Source: a virus (lineage: Duplodnaviria > Caudoviricetes). Taken from it: a stretch of 25,419 nucleotides of DNA. This document shows positions 1 to 6,849 of this stretch, piece by piece. Every line of letters begins with the position of its first letter. The stretch's first letter is position 1. The position numbers were made by a program, and so were the translations under genes. The DNA is taken from positions 1-25,419 of IMG/VR virus record IMGVR_UViG_3300035531_000116; one strand, given 5' to 3'. The notes below the pieces were generated by a model. It made no database searches. It saw nothing but the letters and a program-made list of their open reading frames with translations, and was not told the DNA's origin.

Positions 1-51
1 ATGCGGCACACATGCCCATGGGGCACATGCACAACAAAAAATAGCGAAAAC

Positions 52-72
52 TTGCCACAAAAGAGGTGGCAA
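52..72 (-). terminator. Candidate intrinsic terminator downstream of the RT gene
   Basis: TTGCCAC-N7-GTGGCAA inverted repeat, followed on the minus strand by GTTTTCGCTATTTTTTG. Confidence 0.45.
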
Positions 73-145
73 AAAGAACCCCGGACAATAGCATTGCACT
101 GCAAAGGGCTGTTTTCTTCAAATTCACTGTAACGCGTTACGTAAT

Positions 146-1213
146 CTAAGATTTTCTTTCACGCAATATCATATTTTTATTTTTTCTCCGTGCGCTTTTG
201 AAGACCGTATTACACAGGATGCCCTTGCGTAAATTATCTGTATTTGCATGGCATGCATGGGCGGTCCATGAAGCTATTGTGGCGTTGACTTTTTCGATTG
301 TTATCATATTGCGTGCGTACTGCCAACGCATAGTTTTTATTCTGCGTTTCATCCGTCTAACAGAATCCTTGCGCAGCAGGCGCTTATTCGCCCAAATTCT
401 GTAACCGAGGAAATTAATTCCCTTGCTGCTTGGCAGGACGCTTGCTTTGCTGAACTTTAGCCCCAGGCTTAAAAGCTTCGATTCAAACTCATCCTTTATA
501 TATAGCGCCTCCTCTTTGCTGCGCACCAGGACCACCATATCATCCATATAGCGGATATACCTTTTCAATCTTAGTTCTCTCTTCGCCCATTGATCTACCC
601 TATTCAGGACCAAATTGGCTATCCATTGGCTTGTTAGGTTGCCAACCGGGATGCCTACGGGGTCCGACTCATCCTGGCAGGCCGTGCTATCGATAATTAC
701 GTCCAATAAGGCAAGAACCTCATAACAGTGGATATAATCGCGGATCACCTCTTTTGCCAGCCTGTGCCGAATTGAAAAGAAATACTTGCTTACGTCCATC
801 TTTAGCACCCAGCATGTCCCGCTGGCCACCATCCCTTTCAACCATTTTTCCACTCGATTGGCCCCGGCGTGGGTTCCTTTCCCGGCCCTGCACGCATAGG
901 TGTCAAATATCATGGCTCTATCCCATATGGGGCCACAGACGTTACAAATGGCATGCTGGACCACTCGATCTCGGTATGGGGCTGCCAGGATCTCTCTCTT
1001 TTTGGGTTCATACACAACAAACGATCGGTATCTGCCCGGCTGATATGTATGCCACATTAATTCTATTTGGATTTTGCCCAGTTCCTCCCATAGATTCGTC
1101 TCGAAGTATGCAACATCCGGATTTGAGCGTTTACCCCGCCGTGCTAATTTATGTGCATGTATAAGATTTTGCCAATCGACTACATCTTCGATTAGAGCTT
1201 CGTGTTTCTCCAT
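146..1213 (-). CDS. DGR reverse transcriptase (355 aa)
   Basis: Motifs EPKKREI..PYRDRVVQHA, YACRAGKGTH, LKMDVSKYF, GIPVGNLTSQ (DGR-type SQ), YIRYMDD and FLGY. No maturase/endonuclease extension. RBS AAGGAG upstream of the ATG. Confidence 0.97.
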   Translation of the reverse strand: MEKHEALIEDVVDWQNLIHAHKLARRGKRSNPDVAYFETNLWEELGKIQIELMWHTYQPGRYRSFVVYEPKKREILAAPYRDRVVQHAICNVCGPIWDRAMIFDTYACRAGKGTHAGANRVEKWLKGMVASGTCWVLKMDVSKYFFSIRHRLAKEVIRDYIHCYEVLALLDVIIDSTACQDESDPVGIPVGNLTSQWIANLVLNRVDQWAKRELRLKRYIRYMDDMVVLVRSKEEALYIKDEFESKLLSLGLKFSKASVLPSSKGINFLGYRIWANKRLLRKDSVRRMKRRIKTMRWQYARNMITIEKVNATIASWTAHACHANTDNLRKGILCNTVFKSARRKNKNMILRERKS

Positions 1214-1379
1214 ACCGCTCCTTTCTAAAAATTAAGGCGTCCCGAAGGGGCTTTCGCGCCTCCGGGACTATCGTATTCGGCCCTTCCAGGTCCGGGATAA
1301 ACCGGCTGACCCCTTTGCTGGGATCATGGGTGACGGGGAACGCGTCCCCGCCCTCTCTGTGTTTATAATTCCGCCATGG
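1214..1379 (-). ncRNA. DGR TR-RT spacer with RNA hairpins (probable 3' part of the TR RNA)
   Basis: 166-nt non-coding gap. Minus-strand hairpin GTCCCGGAGGCGC-GAAA-GCCCCTTCGGGAC at 1239-1268 and a 6-bp stem at 1334-1350. Confidence 0.6.
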
Positions 1380-1509
1380 GTCACAGGCGCAACGCAGGCC
1401 AACGTTCCCGTTCGCGTTCCACGGGTTCGCGTTGGAGTTCAGACAGCGCGCACCGCAGTACGCCCCGTTGTTCCAAGTGCCACCACCAATGAAGGCCCGC
1501 CAATCAGCG
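1380..1509 (-). repeat. DGR template repeat (TR)
   Basis: Intergenic copy of 1904-2033. In the target frame it reads ADWRAFIGGGTWNNGAYCGARCLNSNANPWNANGNVGLRCACD, with 8 AAC codons and 21 adenines. Confidence 0.97.
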
Positions 1510-1535
1510 CCAAAACCCGGCTCACCCCATAAATA

Positions 1536-1898
1536 TTAACAATGAAGCTTTTTCCGCCATGCTCCGATCATCGCACCGATTTCTGATAATTGCCGGCTGG
1601 CCGCGCCGACATGCTTGGGCCGTATTAGTTGGTTCTCGGCTGCGAAGCGCAGCAGGGCGTACAGATATCGCACCTGCTCATCTGCTCTATACACCTTGCT
1701 TTTCTGACTACTCATAGCCGCCTCAATTAAACACCTGACCAACAACCACAAGCTGTCTTCAAGCCGTGTCGCGAACCGATATCGTTGATATCGGGGGATT
1801 TTATTGATATGTGGCATCAAATAATTAGTCAATTGTTCCGCCTTGCTCAATACAACGAGCCCGCGCTGCCGCACGGGCCTTTCAGGGACCATGCTCAT
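1536..1898 (-). CDS. avd: Accessory variability determinant Avd (about 120 aa)
   Basis: Small basic helical protein with IPRYQRY..L and EIGAMIGAW, typical of Avd four-helix bundles; lies between target and TR. The ATG at 1898 overlaps the target stop (ATGA), so the ORF-track start at 2027 is over-extended. Confidence 0.9.
   Translation of the reverse strand: MSMVPERPVRQRGLVVLSKAEQLTNYLMPHINKIPRYQRYRFATRLEDSLWLLVRCLIEAAMSSQKSKVYRADEQVRYLYALLRFAAENQLIRPKHVGAASRQLSEIGAMIGAWRKKLHC
1859..1878 (-). promoter_or_regulatory. Candidate DGR target-recognition hairpin/cruciform downstream of VR
   Basis: Minus strand GCCCGTGC-GGCA-GCGCGGGC: 8-bp GC-rich stem with one T.G pair and a GRNA-type loop, 16 nt after the target stop codon. 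Confidence 0.65.
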
Positions 1899-2932
1899 AA
1901 GGCGCCACAGGCGCAACGCAGGCCAACGTGCCCGCCCGCGCCCCACGGGTGCGCGACGGAGCTCAGACAGCGCGCACCGCAGTACGCCCCGCCGTTCCAA
2001 GCGCCACCACCAATGAAGGCCCGCCAAGCAGCGTGATAAACAGCCCCCCTATAGTATGCAGCGTCTTTGCCGACATCCACCACCGAGGTAGACCAAGCAT
2101 AAGTATCACCCAGATCATGCTGGTCATCGAGCCAGTCCCACAAATTACCCGCCGCATCGATAATATTAAGCGTAGAAACAGCCTGAGCCACAGCGCCTGT
2201 GGTTGTCGGTCCGGTATTTGTCGTGGCAGCCCAAGCCGCAGTATTTGCGCTATCAGACCCTTGCGGAGCACCATCGGCGTACACGCAAAACTCACTAACC
2301 GTTGGCAGGCGCTTCCCGGCATTTCCGGCCAGTAGCCCGAAATCCGTCCTGGCATAGACATCATCCGTAATCGGGGTGACGCCGTACGCACTGACCGGCA
2401 CATTTTGCGGCCATATGCCGCTCCCCTCACTATTGTGATAAATATCCACCCACACAGCACCGGGTATAATTTCCGCCATCCCCACTGGGCTACACGTTGG
2501 CCGATGAGACAAGTCCCAAACGCTGTTCGGTACAATTTGAGTAGCCAGGGTCACAGACGTATCGTACCGATCCGCCACCTCCCGCACCCGGCCATAATGG
2601 TACCCGCCAATTTTCCGGCTTGTCAGCGATGAATATCCATCCGGGTACGTGCTGTTCAGGCTGGATATCACCCCGGCCCGCCCATCGCTGCCCGGGATCG
2701 CATACAAAGAGACATTATCTCCCAGCGCCAGCGAATCCAGCGTACCGTCTTGGTTGTCGGCGCTTGTCGGGTCCCAGTCCGCCCGCTCATTCAGGATATA
2801 CCCGCAACCGTTACCGCCGATATTCACTAAACCCTCCGGGATATTTAACGTGGATGCCGATGCCGCTGCAATTTGCCCCATTATTTGCCAGAATGCCGCC
2901 GCCCCTGCCGCAATTGCATACTTTACACTCAT
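1895..2932 (-). CDS. DGR target: Mtd-like receptor-binding protein with C-terminal CLec (FGE-like) fold (about 345 aa)
   Basis: Motifs RKIGGYHYG, GKRLPTVSEF, GNLWDW and GGAW...GLRC resemble the BPP-1 major tropism determinant; VR encodes the C-terminus. Start taken at MSVKY (2932), just after the upstream stop. Confidence 0.9.
   Translation of the reverse strand: MSVKYAIAAGAAAFWQIMGQIAAASASTLNIPEGLVNIGGNGCGYILNERADWDPTSADNQDGTLDSLALGDNVSLYAIPGSDGRAGVISSLNSTYPDGYSSLTSRKIGGYHYGRVREVADRYDTSVTLATQIVPNSVWDLSHRPTCSPVGMAEIIPGAVWVDIYHNSEGSGIWPQNVPVSAYGVTPITDDVYARTDFGLLAGNAGKRLPTVSEFCVYADGAPQGSDSANTAAWAATTNTGPTTTGAVAQAVSTLNIIDAAGNLWDWLDDQHDLGDTYAWSTSVVDVGKDAAYYRGAVYHAAWRAFIGGGAWNGGAYCGARCLSSVAHPWGAGGHVGLRCACGAL
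1904..2033 (-). repeat. DGR variable repeat (VR) at the 3' end of the target gene
   Basis: Aligns gap-free to TR at offset 524 with 14 mismatches, each at a TR adenine. Ends in an adenine-free GC-rich tract (GTTGGCCTGCGTTGCGCCTGTG), after which TR and VR diverge (IMH/IMH*-like). Confidence 0.97.
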
Positions 2933-2933
2933 T

Positions 2934-3287
2934 TTACACACCCAACTCATTCAGCACGGACATTTTTACCTCAACCTCATCAGCCGTAAAGCATAGTAAC
3001 ACCATCCGGCATGCATCATCTTCAACCCGCCGGTATTGTTTGCGCACCTCATCTCCGGACGATTCATCCAGAGACGTTAAAACGATATACTCGGGGGACT
3101 CACCATCCGCCTCATCATCGTCCGAAAGCGTTTTATCGTAATCATATTTATACCTGCCGTTCAGCAAACCCTGCCAGTGCGCTTGCAGCGTAGTTCTTTC
3201 CGACTTGCTTAACCTCCCAGCCACAGCCATATCCTGCAATAATTCAAAATCGGCCCGCGTCAGCAGGCCTTTGGGAACTCCCTGCAT
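2934..3287 (-). CDS. Hypothetical protein (117 aa), possible fibre/receptor-binding protein adaptor
   Basis: GGAGG RBS; packed between the fibre stub and the DGR target; no recognised motif. Confidence 0.7.
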   Translation of the reverse strand: MQGVPKGLLTRADFELLQDMAVAGRLSKSERTTLQAHWQGLLNGRYKYDYDKTLSDDDEADGESPEYIVLTSLDESSGDEVRKQYRRVEDDACRMVLLCFTADEVEVKMSVLNELGV

Positions 3288-3306
3288 AATTTAATCCTCC
3301 TTTGGG

Positions 3307-3549
3307 TTATTCTTCTATATCAACCGTACACACCGCCACGCCATCAACCAACTCAAATACACGGCCTTGAAGCAACCCGCCGAGCTGCGCATTATTTTCT
3401 GAGTCCAGCTCCACCCCAAGCATTTCAATGGCCTGGGCAACCTCCTCCTGGAGCGCATACAGCCAGGCCGCCGTCACCCGGGTACCCTTGGTGCCTGTGG
3501 ACGCATCCCCATCCGTAAATGTGCCGTCATCCGTGTCTATTCTCTGCAT
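3307..3549 (-). CDS. Short tail-fibre N-terminal (baseplate-anchoring) domain protein (80 aa)
   Basis: MQRID...FTDGD..TG...T.V.A.W..ALQEEV..AIE..G..L.....QL matches the N-terminus of Mu-like/SfV-like tail fibres; AGGAGG RBS; follows the gp48-like gene. Confidence 0.75.
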   Translation of the reverse strand: MQRIDTDDGTFTDGDASTGTKGTRVTAAWLYALQEEVAQAIEMLGVELDSENNAQLGGLLQGRVFELVDGVAVCTVDIEE

Positions 3550-3557
3550 ATATCCTC

Positions 3558-4118
3558 CTAAAAATTAGGGTAGGTGAAAAACACCAAAGTCTCTGCGGGT
3601 TTTAAATCTTCGAATATGGTTTCCAGATCATCCACACCGAAATCGGCCAAACGATCTCCGGCCCCGTTGGTGCCCGCGTAAAAATAATATCCCGGGATCT
3701 CAGTATTGAGCACGTTGGCCCACCAAGCATAGACAATGTTTTCATCATTCAACTTATCCCCTGCGCAGGACCACCCAGCCATGAACTCTGTGGGCTCCTC
3801 GATCTCAACGTCATACCCTAACATCTCTGCCAACGCGATAAAGTGCGGCCTGGATAAGCCCCCCTTAGCCCGGATCTTTGCAAGCAGCGCCGCCACACGC
3901 ACGCCCGTGCTGGCATCCGCATCAGGCGTCAGCCCATAAACCCGCTCCCAGGCCGACAACAGCTCATAGCAAGTGTCAGGGAAAATATTAACAAAAACCC
4001 GGTCCGCAGAATCCTGGGCACGATCCAACGCCTTGGCCTCGGTTTCCATGTCCATGTCGGCAACATCACCAAGCCGAACAGGAGTCAAATACCGCAGTGT
4101 TTTAGAGTTTTGTTGCAC
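3558..4118 (-). CDS. Baseplate protein, Mu gp48/YmfQ (DUF2313)-like
   Basis: FPDT..ELLSAWERVYGL, GGLSRPHFIALAEMLGY and LKPAET; follows baseplate J. Confidence 0.85.
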   Translation of the reverse strand: MQQNSKTLRYLTPVRLGDVADMDMETEAKALDRAQDSADRVFVNIFPDTCYELLSAWERVYGLTPDADASTGVRVAALLAKIRAKGGLSRPHFIALAEMLGYDVEIEEPTEFMAGWSCAGDKLNDENIVYAWWANVLNTEIPGYYFYAGTNGAGDRLADFGVDDLETIFEDLKPAETLVFFTYPNF

Positions 4119-4887
4119 TGATCGTCCCCGCTACAATCCGTTGATAATCCGTCACACTGACATTTGTGGCCGGAGCGGAAAGCGGTGTCGGTACATCTGT
4201 CAAATCATTGCCCTCGATTAAGTATTTGGTCAGCTGGGAGATAACCAAATCATCCCCCGGACCAAATCCTGCCAAGTATGCCGCCACATCGTCCTCAATC
4301 ACCGCCTCCTCCACATCGCCCTCATAGGCCAGGGTGATATCGACCGAAACGTCAACAGGGGCCAACACCCTTAAATACCGCATCCCCGCCGGCCGCCGCT
4401 CATCAATATAATCGGTCACCACATCGATCAGATCCTGATCCGGCACCCCCGTCTCATTATCCGCAGTAATCACAACATCAACAGATCCAAGCCCCTGGCC
4501 GAGCGGAACACTCCAGGCATCCGCCACCCCGTCCACCGCCCTGGCCCATTTTTCATAATCATATTGATTACCACCCGCAGGCGGCCGCCGCCGGTCGTCC
4601 AGATCCCGGGAAAGCAGCGACGCATCGGACTCATCGACCTTGCGGTCAATCCCGTTGATATAGGCGTGGTGTTCCATATTTTCCGGATCTGCCGTATCCG
4701 GAAAAATCTGATCCGATATCCACGCCTGATACCGGTATATGCCCCACAACGCCGACGCCGTACACGCAGCCCTTATATAAAGGATAGTCCCCTTGCTCGT
4801 ATCCGCATCGGGAAACTGCCCCCGGTAATCCACCAGGATCTGGTTAAGGATCTGGTCAAAATATTTGAGCCACACACTGTCCATCAC
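4102..4887 (-). CDS. Baseplate J-like wedge protein (Mu gp47-like), short form (261 aa)
   Basis: QIFPDTAD..E.HA...GI.RK, ESDASL..R, PPAGGNQYDYEKWARAVDGV and G.GSVDV. Confidence 0.88.
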   Translation of the reverse strand: MMDSVWLKYFDQILNQILVDYRGQFPDADTSKGTILYIRAACTASALWGIYRYQAWISDQIFPDTADPENMEHHAYINGIDRKVDESDASLLSRDLDDRRRPPAGGNQYDYEKWARAVDGVADAWSVPLGQGLGSVDVVITADNETGVPDQDLIDVVTDYIDERRPAGMRYLRVLAPVDVSVDITLAYEGDVEEAVIEDDVAAYLAGFGPGDDLVISQLTKYLIEGNDLTDVPTPLSAPATNVSVTDYQRIVAGTISATKL

Positions 4888-5258
4888 ACAATCTCCGTAA
4901 ATGTGGTAAATTCAACTGCCTGCCCGTTCGCCTTGACGGCAAGTATCCGGATGTTCAACCGGTCGGTGCCGGAAAGCTTCTCAATTTCCGTCTCAATCTC
5001 GAACGACTTGGCCCGGCCCGCCTCAATCATCCACGCCAGGGCCTCCTCACAATAATCCTTTGCCAGCCGTGCATTGCCCTCAAGTGATTTAGCCCGTTTA
5101 AGCAGATAAAGCCGGCTGCCAAACTCAGGGTCCTGGAAAAATGTACCTCTATCCACCATTAATGACAGATATATATTATTTATGAATGAATCTCCCGCCG
5201 TAAGCGCCATATCTGCCTCACCGGTACCGGCATCTATATTAAGCACAAAGTCCTGCAT
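4884..5258 (-). CDS. Baseplate protein, Mu gp46-like
   Basis: FGSRLYLLKRAK...AKDYCEEALAWMIEAGRA; expected position. Confidence 0.88.
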   Translation of the reverse strand: MQDFVLNIDAGTGEADMALTAGDSFINNIYLSLMVDRGTFFQDPEFGSRLYLLKRAKSLEGNARLAKDYCEEALAWMIEAGRAKSFEIETEIEKLSGTDRLNIRILAVKANGQAVEFTTFTEIV

Positions 5259-5812
5259 TACATCTGATCCCCTGGGATAGGCTCGTCTGTTGGCCCTCCA
5301 CCATCATTCTCAGGATGAGCGTGGCGGTTATAAATAGACCTCATACCCGACATTGTTAACCCGGTACCACCGGCCATATCATGGATATCTCCATCTGCCG
5401 TAATATTTCCACCGGACGTGATATGCAAATCGGCCTCGACCTCTCCTGTTATCTCGACCAAAGGCGTATCCAGAATAACTTTAGTGTCGGCAATAACCTC
5501 AAGCGTACTCGTTTTAACCTCAACGAGGTTACCCCGCTTAAGATGCACGTAATCCCCTTCGTCCGAATAAAGAGCGACCTCTCCGTGCTCAACTTTAATC
5601 CTGTACCGCCTGTCATCACTGGCAATAAGCATGATCTGGTTACCCTGCTTGAGCAAAATCCCCTCCGCACCGGCCAGCGCACGGCTGGTAAATCCGTAAT
5701 GCTGGAAACACTCCCTGTCCGTAAACGTCTCTCCGGACCGTCCAGCTCCTGAAAACCGTTTGACCACACCCTCAGACACACTGCTTAATATGGACCGGAT
5801 CATAGTAATCAT
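5258..5812 (-). CDS. Baseplate spike, Mu gp45/gpV-like
   Basis: QHYGFTSR, DDRRYR, GEVALYSDEGD and C-terminal HAH metal-binding tip motif. Confidence 0.9.
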   Translation of the reverse strand: MITMIRSILSSVSEGVVKRFSGAGRSGETFTDRECFQHYGFTSRALAGAEGILLKQGNQIMLIASDDRRYRIKVEHGEVALYSDEGDYVHLKRGNLVEVKTSTLEVIADTKVILDTPLVEITGEVEADLHITSGGNITADGDIHDMAGGTGLTMSGMRSIYNRHAHPENDGGGPTDEPIPGDQM

Positions 5813-6849
5813 GATGGCACCACTCCTGGATCAGACAGCCGTAACCTTGTAACAACCCCCATCCGTCCGAGCTCGAAAGTCCGGGCCGCAACAAAAAATA
5901 CCTGGGCGTAGCCATAATATTCATCCTCAACATGACACAAGGTGTTCGCCTGGAAATTCTTCCCGCCCTGGCTGTGCCCGGCCACCTGAACTTCCATGCT
6001 GAATCCATCAAATCTCTGCTGGTTCAGAACCGTCCTGGCATACTCCATCGGGCTGGCCATATCACTGTGCATGCATGTACAATACGGCTTGTAAAATGGG
6101 ATATCAGGATCTTTAACAATAGCCTGGACATTGACCTCATCACTGCTAAAAAAATCCTCTCCCTGCTGCTGACCGATCACTGTAATCTTCGAAAACCGGC
6201 CGGCAATATCCCGGGTCCTGTCACTGGATAAAATATTATTCCCATATCCATCCATCCGATTTACCAGCCGGAACACAGGCTTACCCGTGCGTACCGGCTG
6301 ACCGAACACAAATGTGCCGTCCGCCTGGCACCAAAAAAATAAACCCCGCTCCTGGGCGTGCCGGCTTAACAGGTCGAAAATCGTATGGTCCGGATCACGC
6401 TGCACCTTGGTGGACTCAAATTCCCATCCCTGCTCCGAGATCTTTGCCTTATGGCCCTTACCGTAAATGATCGCTTTGCGGTTGATATACGGCACATCCT
6501 TGAGAAGATCCTTTGCCAGCGCCTTCAGATCAATATTTTCGTCCGTCTGCCCGATCCCAACATGGCTGTCCACCAGTAAGCCCATCAGGTCGCGACCGGC
6601 AACCGTTAAGTGCGTCCGGTCATTACCATACCCGTCCCGGACACGGTCTATTATCCCGTTGAGCTCAAGCTGATTATTGACAAAAACACGGCATCGCGCC
6701 CCTGGATCAATTGCAAACCCGGGCTGCTCAAAATCAAAGGAAAAATCATCCGCCGCCTTGAACAGATCCGATTCAATCCGGTACCGGGTGAAGTTCTCAA
6801 TCCGCCGTCCCGAAACTTCCAGGGAAACAGTATCCTGATCAGCTTTCAT
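5809..6849 (-). CDS. Baseplate hub, Mu gp44 (gpP)-like
   Basis: Y.IESDL..AADDF, GRDLMGLLVD, DGTFVFG and NNILS...RFSKITVIGQ. Start chosen at MKADQ (6849), after GAGGTGG. Confidence 0.85.
   Translation of the reverse strand: MKADQDTVSLEVSGRRIENFTRYRIESDLFKAADDFSFDFEQPGFAIDPGARCRVFVNNQLELNGIIDRVRDGYGNDRTHLTVAGRDLMGLLVDSHVGIGQTDENIDLKALAKDLLKDVPYINRKAIIYGKGHKAKISEQGWEFESTKVQRDPDHTIFDLLSRHAQERGLFFWCQADGTFVFGQPVRTGKPVFRLVNRMDGYGNNILSSDRTRDIAGRFSKITVIGQQQGEDFFSSDEVNVQAIVKDPDIPFYKPYCTCMHSDMASPMEYARTVLNQQRFDGFSMEVQVAGHSQGGKNFQANTLCHVEDEYYGYAQVFFVAARTFELGRMGVVTRLRLSDPGVVPS

Larger units (their letters stand above)
146..2932 (-). mobile_element. Diversity-generating retroelement (target/VR - avd - TR - spacer - RT)
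   Basis: RT with YMDD and GNLTSQ motifs; Avd-like ORF; 130-bp TR/VR pair differing only at TR adenines; same gene order as the Bordetella phage BPP-1 DGR. Confidence 0.97.

Noticed and set aside
146-1213. RT as group II intron, retron or Abi RT
   Set aside because: It has the DGR-type GNLTSQ motif, lacks maturase/endonuclease domains and the retron VTG motif, and sits beside avd and an adenine-specific TR/VR pair.
1899-2027. N-terminal 43 aa of the 163-aa ORF 1536-2027
   Set aside because: An alternative-frame reading of VR. Avd-like sequence starts at the ATG overlapping the target stop (1898).
1380-2033. TR/VR as CRISPR array or simple duplication
   Set aside because: Only two copies, no spacers, and mismatches confined to adenines.
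1326-2335. Plus-strand ORFs 1326-1532 and 1928-2335 sharing QTARTAVRP.VPSATTNEGPP
   Set aside because: The shared peptide is only the antisense reading of the TR/VR repeat, not a duplicated gene.
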